A stretch of 51,812 bases of DNA from Candidatus Woesearchaeota archaeon CG1_02_57_44 (GCA_001871415.1 MNWW01000020.1:1-51812), one strand, 5' to 3'. Shown: positions 1 through 8,981, numbered from the stretch's first letter. The notes: generated by a model from the sequence alone, not told the origin. Numbers and translations are program-made.

Positions 1-246
1 TCCGCCGCATTTTGCTCTCTGTTCAAGTTCTTCTGGTGTGGTGGATTTGGATGGAGAGAATACCGTGTCTGATGCTTCGATCGTAGGGTGCAGCTCGACT
101 CCTGCTCTTGCCAATTCAAGGTTGACGATCTCGATGACATTGCCCAGCGTTCGCTCATATCGCGGATAGCGTTGCCGGAATTTTGGGTCTGCGACGCACA
201 GCACGCTCAGCTCGCAGACTTCTCCCAGTGGAACAGAACTCTTCAT
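1..246 (-). CDS. Partial hypothetical protein (runs off the window start)
   Basis: ATG at 244-246 on the minus strand, open for 82 codons to the window edge (MKSSVPLGEVCELSVLCVADPKFRQRY...). TATA-like AACATTAATAAG lies about 25 nt upstream. Not in the ORF track because it is truncated. Confidence 0.6.
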   Translation of the reverse strand, partial: MKSSVPLGEVCELSVLCVADPKFRQRYPRYERTLGNVIEIVNLELARAGVELHPTIEASDTVFSPSKSTTPEELEQRAKCGG

Positions 247-386
247 GGGCCCCGAAAACAAACGCGACCTTATTAATGTTGCCCTTATTAAGTAGTGTCA
301 TCTTGCATCTCGCTACCTGTTGCCTCTCGCTGTGACCTCCATCGCAACCTTTTTCAACACTCGCGCCTCCCGCCATACAGGTGACT

Positions 387-689
387 ATGATGGAAGAAGA
401 TGACAAGAATATCGATGTGCCAGAAGGCCAACGCCTGATACAATTCTCCGGCCGCGAGTGTGTGCACTGCAAGGAGATGGATCCTATCGTCGAGCAGCTG
501 CAAAAGGACACCGGGCTGAGGATAACGCATCTGGAGTGCTGGCATGACGAGAAGAACCTCGCGCTCTTTGAGAAGTATGATCAGGGCAGATGCCAGGGCG
601 TGCCCTTCTTCTACAATGAGAAGACCACGAAGTGGATCTGCGGCAACTGCGACTACGACGCGCTCAAGAAGTGGGCCATGGGGGAATGA
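387..689 (+). CDS. Thioredoxin/glutaredoxin-fold protein
   Basis: CVHC active-site motif and cis-Pro motif GVPFF. SD-like AGGTGA upstream; start is 387 or 390. Confidence 0.85.
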   Translation: MMEEDDKNIDVPEGQRLIQFSGRECVHCKEMDPIVEQLQKDTGLRITHLECWHDEKNLALFEKYDQGRCQGVPFFYNEKTTKWICGNCDYDALKKWAMGE

Positions 690-753
690 GCTGACGAAGT
701 GTTTCGGATCTCTACTATTTTCTTTATTATATATCCCTTCTGTCTGAGGTCCC

Positions 754-3264
754 TCACATCCGGAAGAACTCGGCATTGGGCGTGTACTCGCGCAGCGCCC
801 GCATCAGTGCCTGTCCTCGCTGCCTGCTCAGCGCCCTTCCATGGTGGCTGATGCCAAAGGTGTTCAGGGCACGCTCATGCCCTGTCTGGAACGATGCTGT
901 GTCGATGGTGCACCCCGCGTTGTAGATGGCCTGCACCTGCACCAGCGCGCAGCCGGGAAGGTCCTCGGCCGTGGTGCTCAGGGTGCTGCGCTCATCATTA
1001 TGGCTGATCGAGACATCGAGCAGCTGCAGGCTCGGCAAGGCCCTTTTCTTGGCTTCAAGCATCTCGATGGCAGGTGTGGTCCGTTCACGCGCCGCGAGAT
1101 AGGTGTTGGTGAATCGTTCGACCGCAGCGCCCTCGAGCGCGCTGCCATGCTTGGACAGGTTGAGCGCGTCGATGGCAGAGCCGTTCCAGTCCGCGATATA
1201 GGCGTCGTGGATATTGAATGCCTCAAGGTAGCAGGAGAAGATGATGTCGCGAAGGCGGCCCGTGACATCCGTGTCGAGGATGACGAGCTCAGTGTATGCG
1301 GGATGGATCTTCGAGGGATTGATGGTGTGCGAGGCGTACACGACAGGGGTATGCTCCAGGTTCCCTAGCAGGGCCGTGACCTCCGGGTCCGTGAATCTGC
1401 TGAGCAGATCAAGGCCGGTCTCTGACAGCACGGCTCGCACGTCATCTGCCGGGACATTGCGTGCGCGGGAGATGGCGCTCACGCTGCGCTCGACGCGGGG
1501 GCTGCGGGGATTCCTGCCCATGATAGCGCGGAATACGTCAAGCTGCCGCTCTTGGGTGAGCGCGTCAGGCGCATACTCATTGAGGGGCTCCCATCCGGCC
1601 CGGGTCATCAGTTCCAGGCCTTCGACGATCATGGCTTGGGGCGCCACGCCAGGACCCATGTGCTCGCGCGCGTGCGTGGCGGCCTCATCGGTGACATCAC
1701 CGTACCGGAGCAGCACTTCCCGGGGCAGATGGTGATGGCGTACCAGGGAGCCGACCACCGCGGTGTAGGACGCGTCATAGCCGAGGCGGGAGAGCAGGTC
1801 CTTCACCATGGCTTCTCCTCGTTCAGTGTGACCGTTCAGGCCCTGCGCGATAGCTATGTTGCTGCACAGGGTGGCCCAGGCCAGCTGGCTGCGATGCAGC
1901 GCCGTGGTCTCTCTGGCGCGGTAGTTGTTGGCCGAGTGCTCGGGGCTGTCCTGGTGGAAGAACCAGCTTGAACCTTCCATGAGACGGGAGAGCTCATCAA
2001 GCTTCTGCACGGCCACATACCCGACAGTCCGGTTGAGCCCCGAGACCGTGTATGGTTGGTGGAACATCGCGACGACCTCAGGCAACTGGTGCTCGAGGAA
2101 CGGATGCAGCAGGTCAAAGACCTCGGCGAGGTTGGGGTGCGCCATGAGCGAGGTGAGCACTTGCGTATCCGGGGACTGCAGGGGGTCATAGGAGGTCTGT
2201 ATCCTGGTCGCTCCGGTTGCAGCGGCACTGAGGACTGCGGCAAGGTAGTTGTCGGTGATGGTGCTGTCTCTTTTCCATCGCCTGCCTTGATTGTCCGGCA
2301 GGCGTATGCCCTGCTCATTGATCCGGTCGATGGTGCGCAGCACATAGGTGTCGATGGTCTGCGCCGCCTTGACTACCTTGGCGACCAGCTGGTGCATGTT
2401 GTCATGGCCCAGCGCTGGCGCGGAGGCTGGTGAGAATTCGGTCAGGTGCGCTGACCTGCATCGTGTCCGCAGGTCCAGCAGCAGGCCTGCGGCTTCCTGC
2501 ACATCGGTCGGATAGGGCAGCTGCGCGCCGGTCTGGCGCGCATACGCCCGTCGCAGGTCAAGCGTCATGCCCAGCCATTTCAGGCCGCCCCAATGCTCCT
2601 TGAGGTGGGCTGGGTACAGGGCACGCTGTGTCTCGCGCAGCTGGGTCATGTCATGTCCATGCAGCTGGCATGCTGCCTTTCCGTCGATGAGCTCCTCGAT
2701 GACCGAGGGGACCGAGAAGGATGCATGCCACTCCCGCATGACCATCATATGCTCAAGATAACCATTGTCCAGCACGGATACCGGCTCATGCGCGCCAAGC
2801 TCGAGCAGCGCTTCATTGCCCACCCGTCCAAGGCTCATGACATCGATGAATGACACATTCCAGGGTATGCTCAGGGCGCCTGCCTGCAGAGGCGGTGTCT
2901 CATCGAAATGGCATTGTAGCTGTGTCCTGATCTCGCGCGCCTCAGGGTCACGCTGCACCTGTTCGTAGTCCATGTAGACCTGCACGTCCAGGTCCCCGGG
3001 GACCCATCCTCGCTGCAGGCTGCCGGAGAGTCCTACGCCATAGAGCCATGATAACTGATGCTCCTGCAGGAATCGCGCTACTTTGAAACGGGCAAATGCT
3101 TCGGGTATCTGCGTCATAGCGTGCAGCTTGATGGCTTCGCCAAGCTCAAAGGCGCTTGCGTGCCCGGTCTCATAGCGCGCCACCAGCGAGTCCAGGTCGG
3201 CCTGTCTGCTTCGCTGGCCCGGGGATGTCCTGTGCCGTCTGGCGTGGTCTTTACTATCTGTCAC
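754..3264 (-). CDS. GlnD-like protein (nucleotidyltransferase + degenerate HD + two ACT-like domains)
   Basis: GSLQRGWVPGDLD pol-beta NTase motif; FHQPYTV; GHTERG...LVRHHHL HD-region remnants; two C-terminal ACT-like repeats (TELVILDTDVTGRLRDI..., STLSTTAEDLPG...). Confidence 0.65.
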   Translation of the reverse strand: MTDSKDHARRHRTSPGQRSRQADLDSLVARYETGHASAFELGEAIKLHAMTQIPEAFARFKVARFLQEHQLSWLYGVGLSGSLQRGWVPGDLDVQVYMDYEQVQRDPEAREIRTQLQCHFDETPPLQAGALSIPWNVSFIDVMSLGRVGNEALLELGAHEPVSVLDNGYLEHMMVMREWHASFSVPSVIEELIDGKAACQLHGHDMTQLRETQRALYPAHLKEHWGGLKWLGMTLDLRRAYARQTGAQLPYPTDVQEAAGLLLDLRTRCRSAHLTEFSPASAPALGHDNMHQLVAKVVKAAQTIDTYVLRTIDRINEQGIRLPDNQGRRWKRDSTITDNYLAAVLSAAATGATRIQTSYDPLQSPDTQVLTSLMAHPNLAEVFDLLHPFLEHQLPEVVAMFHQPYTVSGLNRTVGYVAVQKLDELSRLMEGSSWFFHQDSPEHSANNYRARETTALHRSQLAWATLCSNIAIAQGLNGHTERGEAMVKDLLSRLGYDASYTAVVGSLVRHHHLPREVLLRYGDVTDEAATHAREHMGPGVAPQAMIVEGLELMTRAGWEPLNEYAPDALTQERQLDVFRAIMGRNPRSPRVERSVSAISRARNVPADDVRAVLSETGLDLLSRFTDPEVTALLGNLEHTPVVYASHTINPSKIHPAYTELVILDTDVTGRLRDIIFSCYLEAFNIHDAYIADWNGSAIDALNLSKHGSALEGAAVERFTNTYLAARERTTPAIEMLEAKKRALPSLQLLDVSISHNDERSTLSTTAEDLPGCALVQVQAIYNAGCTIDTASFQTGHERALNTFGISHHGRALSRQRGQALMRALREYTPNAEFFRM

Positions 3265-3503
3265 GATTCCCGCAAATTATTCCGTGATTATGAATCTTAC
3301 CCCCCCACGCATACGAAATACGTAATCGTTACGATTGCTCCCCTTGTTTTCACAACACCCCTTAAAGGAAAAACTATATAACCATCTGTCTTTTCGGCAG
3401 ACAGGGTCGATGCAGCTGCACGGTGCTGGCTTTCGCGTCCATTATGTCCGCCGCAAGGCGAGGACGAGCAAGCCAAGGCGCGTGTCGTCCCGGGGGTAAT
3501 CAT

Positions 3504-4559
3504 ATGCCACGAAAGACGCTCGCAAGCTTCAAGGTCGAATATCAGCAGCTCATGAACGAGAAGGGAGATGTCGACGAGAAAGTTGCCGCTATCGATCCAG
3601 AATTCGCCAAGCGCTGCTATGAGCTAATGACACTCGTCAGGGTCTTTGACGCCAAGGCCGTGGCCATGCAGCGCCAGGGCCGCATCGGCACTTACGCGTC
3701 CGTGCTCGGTCAGGAGGCGGCGCAGGTAGGTTCTGCGCTCGCGTTGCAGGAGTCAGACTACCTGCTTCCGACTTACCGGGAGGCAGGAGCGCTCATCGCG
3801 CGCGACAGCCCCATGCATCAGCTGCTCCAGTATTTCGGCGGCGATGAGCGCGGCAGCGCGTACGAGGAAGGCATCAATAATTTTCCCATCGCGATTCCCA
3901 TCAGCAGCCAGATTCCGCACGCGACCGGCATCGGCTGGGCCATGCGCCTGAAGGGCCACAAGGCCGCTGCCTTGGTCTATTTCGGCGACGGCGCGTCCAG
4001 CCGCGGGGACTTTCATGAGGCCATCAACATCGCCGCGGTCATGAAGGCGAATGCCGTGTTCTTCTGCCAGAACAATCAGTATGCTATCTCCCTGCCGCGT
4101 GAGCGCCAGACGCTCGCCGAGTCCATCGCACAGAAGGCCATCAGCTATGGCGTTGAGGGCCTGCAGGTGGACGGCAATGATGTGCTGGGAGTGCATAAGG
4201 CGGTGAGCGACGCGCTGCAGAAGGCCTACACAGGCAAGGGCCCGACCCTGATAGAGGCCTACACCTTCCGCCTGGGGGACCATACGACAAGCGATGACGC
4301 AAAGAAGTATCGCGACCCCAAGCTCGTGGAGCAATGGCAGAAGCGTGACCCGCTCGCGCGCCTGCGCGTCTATCTCAGGCAGAAGATGCTCTGGGACGAG
4401 GACTACGAGAAGTCATTGCTCGAGCGCTGCGCAAAAAAGGTCGAGGACGCCGTGGTCAGGTATGAGTCCACGCCTGCCGCTCCGCTGACCGACATGTTCG
4501 ACTATCACTACGCCCAGCTGCCCCAGAACCTTGCTGAGCAGCGCAGGGAGGTGATGTGA
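3504..4559 (+). CDS. pdhA: Pyruvate/2-oxoacid dehydrogenase E1 alpha
   Basis: QRQGRIGTY, GQEAAQVG, TPP-binding GDGASSRGDFHE...NNQYAIS and HTTSDD motifs. Start reassigned to ATG 3504. Confidence 0.95.
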   Translation: MPRKTLASFKVEYQQLMNEKGDVDEKVAAIDPEFAKRCYELMTLVRVFDAKAVAMQRQGRIGTYASVLGQEAAQVGSALALQESDYLLPTYREAGALIARDSPMHQLLQYFGGDERGSAYEEGINNFPIAIPISSQIPHATGIGWAMRLKGHKAAALVYFGDGASSRGDFHEAINIAAVMKANAVFFCQNNQYAISLPRERQTLAESIAQKAISYGVEGLQVDGNDVLGVHKAVSDALQKAYTGKGPTLIEAYTFRLGDHTTSDDAKKYRDPKLVEQWQKRDPLARLRVYLRQKMLWDEDYEKSLLERCAKKVEDAVVRYESTPAAPLTDMFDYHYAQLPQNLAEQRREVM

Positions 4560-5531
4560 ATGACCGTCATGAACATCCTCGAGGCGGTGCGAGATGGCCT
4601 GCGACAGGAGCTTAAGGCGGATCCTGATGTGGTGCTCTTCGGCGAGGACATCGGCAGAAATGGCGGCGTGTTTCGCACGACCGACGGCCTCTTCGACGAG
4701 TTTCCCGGCAGGGTCATCGACACGCCGTTGGCGGAGCTGGGCATCGTCGCCTCAGCAGTGGGCATGGCCGCCTATGGCATGCGCCCGGTCGTGGAGATAC
4801 AGTTCTCCGGCTTTGTCTATGGCGCCATGGAGCAGCTCATCAGCCACGCCGCGCGCCTCAGGAACCGCACGCGGGGCAAGTTCACCTGCCCGATGGTCCT
4901 GCGCGCGCCCTACAGCGGCGGCATCCGCGCGCTGGAGCATCACAGCGAGTCAATGGAAGCGTTCTATGTGCACACGCAGGGGCTCAAGGTCGTCATCCCC
5001 AGCAATCCCTATGACGCCAAAGGACTGCTCATCGCCGCCATCCGCGACCCTGATCCGGTCATCTTCCTGGAGCCAAAGCGTATCTATCGCGCGGTCAAAG
5101 CAGAGGTTCCAGATGGCTCGTATGTGGTGCCACTGGGTCGCGCGTCCATACTGCGCGAGGGCACCGATATCACCGTGGTCTCGTGGGGGAGCATGATGAA
5201 GTCTGTGCTCGACGCAGCGACCGAGCTGCAGGGAAAGGCGAGCATCGAGGTGCTGGACCTGCGCACGCTCTCTCCGATGGATACGGCGTCGATAATCGCG
5301 AGCGTGGAGAAGACCGGGAGGTTGCTGGTGGTCAGCGAGGAGCCAAGGACGTGCAGTGTCGCTGGCGAGATACTGGCGCAGGTGGCCGAGCGCGCGATGC
5401 TCAGCCTGCAGGCGCCACCGCGGCGCGTGACGGGCTTTGACACCATCATGCCGCTCTACAAGATGGAGAATGATTATATCCCCAGCAAGGACAAGATAAT
5501 GAAGGCGATACTGGACGTGGTGAGCTACTGA
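4560..5531 (+). CDS. pdhB: Pyruvate/2-oxoacid dehydrogenase E1 beta
   Basis: GEDIGRNGGVFR, DTPLAE, EIQF, HHSES and DPVIFLEPK motifs. Confidence 0.95.
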   Translation: MTVMNILEAVRDGLRQELKADPDVVLFGEDIGRNGGVFRTTDGLFDEFPGRVIDTPLAELGIVASAVGMAAYGMRPVVEIQFSGFVYGAMEQLISHAARLRNRTRGKFTCPMVLRAPYSGGIRALEHHSESMEAFYVHTQGLKVVIPSNPYDAKGLLIAAIRDPDPVIFLEPKRIYRAVKAEVPDGSYVVPLGRASILREGTDITVVSWGSMMKSVLDAATELQGKASIEVLDLRTLSPMDTASIIASVEKTGRLLVVSEEPRTCSVAGEILAQVAERAMLSLQAPPRRVTGFDTIMPLYKMENDYIPSKDKIMKAILDVVSY

Positions 5532-7060
5532 TGGCGTATGAATTCGTGTTCCCGGACGTCGGTGAGGGCATCCCTGAGGGGATGCTCAAGGAATGGAAAG
5601 TCAATGTAGGAGACAAGGTCTCGGCTGATGAGACGCTCTGCATGGTCGAGACCGACAAGGCGGTGGTGGAGATGCCCAGCCCCCGGGCAGGTGTGATACT
5701 CAAGGTATTCCATGCCGCTGGCGAGATAATCAAGGTCGGCGAGATACTGGCCATCATCGGCGAGGAAGGTGAATCGGTCCAGAGCGCCACGGGCGAGAGG
5801 AGCGCGTCGACCGCTTCAGCGACAGCAACCGCGACAGCAACCGTGGCCAAGGACGCGAAGGGACCGCGATCCGAGGACGCGGCGTCTGCAGGAAAACCTG
5901 GTGCTGGCGAAGCAGAGCATTACACCGGAAGCGTCGTCGGCAAGCTCGAGGAAGCGTCTGAATCCATGAAGGACGTGCCGCGCGACGCGCAGCAGTCATC
6001 GGCTCCGGCAGACGGCGTGAAGGCGACCCTGCTCGTGCGAAAGCTCGCGCAGGCCATGGGCGTCGATATCAGCAAGGTCAAGGGCACAGGTCCGCAGGGG
6101 CGCATCACTGAGGATGATGTGAAGGCCGCAGTCGGCAGGGAGCCGACACCTGGCGGGCCATCCTCGTCAAGCGCGGCATCGCCAGCAGCGGCTTCGCCGT
6201 CGACCTCCGTAGCTTCTTCAGCGTCGGCGTCCGCAGCATCCGTCTCCGCGTCAGCGTCTGCAGCGACGCAGCCCGCCAAGCCCGCAATCAAGCGCAAGTA
6301 TGATATGTGGGGCTATATCGACCGTCAGCCGTTCAAGGGCATCCGCAAGACCATAGCGACGCGTATGCTCCAGAGCCAGAGCGAGAACGCGCCCGTGACC
6401 TACCATGTCAGTGTCAATGCGGGCAACCTGGTCCTGCTGCGCGAGAAGGAGAAGAAGAGGGCGGCGGAGCAGGGCATCAAGCTCACGTATCTCGCCTACA
6501 TCGTCAAGGCCGTGGCCCTTGCGGTGCTTGGCCATACCGCGGTCAACAGCAGTCTGGTCGACGATGAGATACTACTCAAGAAATATGCCAACGTCGGCAT
6601 CGCGGTTGATACTGAACACGGCCTGTATGTCCCGGTGATAAAGCGCGCAGAGACGCAGGACGTGCTCGCGATAGCCAAGGAGATATCGCGTCTCGCGGAC
6701 GCGGTCAAGGACAATAAGCTTAATCCCATGGACCTGAAGGGCGGCAGCATCAGCATAACGAACCTTGGCAGCGTCGGGGTAGAGTACTTCACGCCCGTCA
6801 TCAACCCCGGCGAGTGCAGCGTGCTGGGTGTGGGCAGGATGAAGGATGCGCCCGTGCTCGAGCAGGCGGCTGACGGCAAGGGCTCAGGACCAAAGGTGGT
6901 TCCCGGGAGGATATTGCCGCTCTCGCTGACCGCGGACCATCGCATTGTCGACGGCGCTGAGGCGGCGCGCTTCCTCAACGATGTCAAGCGCATGCTTGAG
7001 GATCCAGGCGACGGCTCAGGAAATCCCGACGACTGGCCTGCGAAGAAGGTTGCGGTGTGA
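5531..7060 (+). CDS. pdhC: Dihydrolipoamide acyltransferase E2
   Basis: Lipoyl domain (ETDKA), E3-binding domain (GTGPQGRITEDDV), catalytic DHRIVDG, and Ala/Ser-rich linkers. Confidence 0.95.
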   Translation: MAYEFVFPDVGEGIPEGMLKEWKVNVGDKVSADETLCMVETDKAVVEMPSPRAGVILKVFHAAGEIIKVGEILAIIGEEGESVQSATGERSASTASATATATATVAKDAKGPRSEDAASAGKPGAGEAEHYTGSVVGKLEEASESMKDVPRDAQQSSAPADGVKATLLVRKLAQAMGVDISKVKGTGPQGRITEDDVKAAVGREPTPGGPSSSSAASPAAASPSTSVASSASASAASVSASASAATQPAKPAIKRKYDMWGYIDRQPFKGIRKTIATRMLQSQSENAPVTYHVSVNAGNLVLLREKEKKRAAEQGIKLTYLAYIVKAVALAVLGHTAVNSSLVDDEILLKKYANVGIAVDTEHGLYVPVIKRAETQDVLAIAKEISRLADAVKDNKLNPMDLKGGSISITNLGSVGVEYFTPVINPGECSVLGVGRMKDAPVLEQAADGKGSGPKVVPGRILPLSLTADHRIVDGAEAARFLNDVKRMLEDPGDGSGNPDDWPAKKVAV

Positions 7061-7061
7061 G

Positions 7062-7514
7062 TCACATATAGGCAATCGCGCTTCTGATCTCCGCGATGAT
7101 GTGCTTGTCTGCCAGGATTGCTTGGCTCTCCAGCAACACCTCTCGGCACAGCGCCAGGCGCGGACCGGTGGATTGTGATCCTATATCACGTGTATGATAC
7201 TGTGCATTGATGCGTGACCTGAAAGCGCTATGGATGCTCCTTTTCGTCCTTGCAGGATAAGGGACTGCATGGTCCATCGCCGCGAGTGTGCATTGATGTA
7301 TCTCGCTCTTGATGTCTGCTGCAACCAGCACAGCGGTCAATGAGTAATAACAGCAATAGTAGGTGATGGTGGCCTGCCAGAGCGGACTCCTCACACAGGT
7401 GAGGTCATCAAGGGAGATGTGTGCCATGCTCAGGAACCCGCGTGCCTGCGGCATATCAGCTTTGACGACGCGGATGCCCTTTTCCTGTTGTCTGCACCAT
7501 TCAATCAAAACCAT
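7062..7514 (-). CDS. HEPN-domain protein (toxin of MNT-HEPN pair)
   Basis: YYCCYYSLTAVL...IKSEIHQCT and an RINAQY (Rx4Y) motif. Overlaps the upstream MNT gene; start reassigned to 7514. Confidence 0.8.
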   Translation of the reverse strand: MVLIEWCRQQEKGIRVVKADMPQARGFLSMAHISLDDLTCVRSPLWQATITYYCCYYSLTAVLVAADIKSEIHQCTLAAMDHAVPYPARTKRSIHSAFRSRINAQYHTRDIGSQSTGPRLALCREVLLESQAILADKHIIAEIRSAIAYM

Positions 7515-8067
7515 ACCAATGCCTCCAGGCCAGGCGCGTGTAGCGCTCTGCCCCGGAGAGGATGATGTGGTTAATGAGTATTCCTGCTGCGAATCTGTCT
7601 TTCTTCTGGAGCATGCGGACATATTCCGGCTCGCTCAGCGAGATGGGATGGAGAGGTATGCCCATGATGTGTTCGGGCATCTTTTCCCTGCTCCCGATTA
7701 TCAGAATGTCGAGATCGGATTGTCTTGTCTGTTCTGCCTTGGCATAGCTGCCATGCAGCACACACATCCCGGATGTCGCGCTCAACGGGCGAGCAAACAG
7801 ATGTTCATCGAGGAATCGCAGCTTGCGTCCCATCTCTGCGATGGCCAGCAGGTCAGGGACCGATGTGTTGTGCCTATTGAGCATATACTGCTTGATGGTT
7901 CCTTTCGGTTCACTGACGAGAACGTGTAGGTCTTCAAGTTCCCTGAGGGAGAGCGCTATCGCCTTCTGGCTCAAGGGGATGGTTGATGTGAGTTCCCTGC
8001 CATGGACGCGGCGCTCGTAGTCCTCGAGGAACTGTTCGAGCAGTAGCGCATACTTATTGAGTATCAT
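7501..8067 (-). CDS. wHTH + minimal nucleotidyltransferase (MNT antitoxin)
   Basis: N-terminal HTH and GSYAK...SDLD motif. Start 8067 (or 8076) chosen from the TATA at about 8096-8104. Confidence 0.85.
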   Translation of the reverse strand: MILNKYALLLEQFLEDYERRVHGRELTSTIPLSQKAIALSLRELEDLHVLVSEPKGTIKQYMLNRHNTSVPDLLAIAEMGRKLRFLDEHLFARPLSATSGMCVLHGSYAKAEQTRQSDLDILIIGSREKMPEHIMGIPLHPISLSEPEYVRMLQKKDRFAAGILINHIILSGAERYTRLAWRHWYGFD

Positions 8068-8085
8068 TTTACTCATGTGAGTAAA
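8068..8085. promoter_or_regulatory. Palindromic operator candidate of the MNT-HEPN operon
   Basis: TTTACTCA-TG-TGAGTAAA, a perfect 8-2-8 inverted repeat directly upstream of the MNT start. Confidence 0.55.
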
Positions 8086-8423
8086 TACGTGCTCATATAT
8101 AATGCTTCTGCGTGCCGCAGGTATATCATCTTTTTCATCTGATGCTGTTTCTTTGGCTTTCACAACCCCATTCCTTCTTTTTTTCCTCCCTATTGCAACG
8201 CTTATTAATCCCCTGCGCCGTGGCATGTTCTCTCGTAAAGCAAGACAGCGACTATCAGTCGGGGCGAAGCCCCGGGTGACCCTACAAACGAGCAACAAGG
8301 AATCGCACGCAGGCACAGCCTGACCGTATGCCCGGCATCCAGCCGATGCATCAGTAAGCGAATCCGAAAGCTCGCTGCTTTCTATCAAGCTCCTCTATGC
8401 GATAACGGAGGGAGGTGTGAACA

Positions 8424-8495
8424 ATGCCAGCGCAACCAGTCAAGCAACCAGCCAAGCCGGCCGCCAAGCCAGCACAGCCAGCAAAGAAGAAATAA
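8424..8495 (+). CDS. 23-aa small protein MPAQPVKQPAKPAAKPAQPAKKK
   Basis: Strong SD GGAGGTG upstream of ATG, TAA stop, Pro/Ala/Lys repeat composition. Confidence 0.55.
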   Translation: MPAQPVKQPAKPAAKPAQPAKKK

Positions 8496-8683
8496 GGCAC
8501 AGTCTCAGACGGATGCTATCATCCGTGGCGCAAACCCGCGGGGCGAAATAGGCAGCGATGCCGTATCGCCCTGCGCGATGTGCCCCCTCTATCACTGACG
8601 ACATGATCGACGACAGAGAACAGTGTCCACGATCAACCACGACAGATGCGCAACGCGATACCCCCGAGAGGGAGGTGACCATC

Positions 8684-8755
8684 ATGGCAAAGAAACAGCA
8701 GCCGGCCAAGAAGAAGCAGTCCCAGCCGATGGATGAAGACGAAGAGGACTACTAG
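8684..8755 (+). CDS. 23-aa small protein MAKKQQPAKKKQSQPMDEDEEDY
   Basis: Perfect SD GGAGGTGA 5 nt before ATG. Basic N-half and acidic C-half; followed by a T-rich tract. Confidence 0.55.
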   Translation: MAKKQQPAKKKQSQPMDEDEEDY

Positions 8756-8783
8756 TCCATCAACGATAGACCTGTCACTCCTC

Positions 8784-8798
8784 ATTTTTCTTTTTCTT
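8784..8798 (+). terminator. Archaeal oligo-T terminator candidate
   Basis: ATTTTTCTTTTTCTT downstream of the second small ORF. Confidence 0.4.
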
Positions 8799-8935
8799 AT
8801 TGCAAAGCACGTGGGTTGAATACCCTGTCCTTCAGGACGTGCTATGCAATTCAAAAATCCGCCTGCAATGACGAGGCGTGGCAATACAGCGGCCTTCAGG
8901 CCGCGGTTAGCGCCGAGTGGCGGATTTTTGTTATT
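8797..8935. repeat. Dispersed double-hairpin element, copy 1 (IS200/IS605 PATE- or REP-like)
   Basis: Near-identical to 51652-51789. Hairpins GTCC-TTCA-GGAC and GCGGCC-TTCA-GGCCGC sit inside longer stems; TTATT at both ends. Confidence 0.85.
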
Positions 8936-8981
8936 ATGTTCGCGATGATATTTTTTATACACGAGGCAACTCCCACTGCGG

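Noticed and set aside
3400-3503. TPP riboswitch upstream of pdhA
   Set aside because: The conserved GCTGAGA and CCTGA...TAAT...GCGNAGG elements are absent.
6160-6270. Low-complexity GC tract in pdhC
   Set aside because: It encodes the ordinary Ala/Ser/Pro linker of E2.
8220-8420. SRP RNA, RNase P RNA or c-di-AMP riboswitch
   Set aside because: No SRP helix-8 motif or GAGGAAAGTCC was found; GAATCCGAAAG alone is insufficient.
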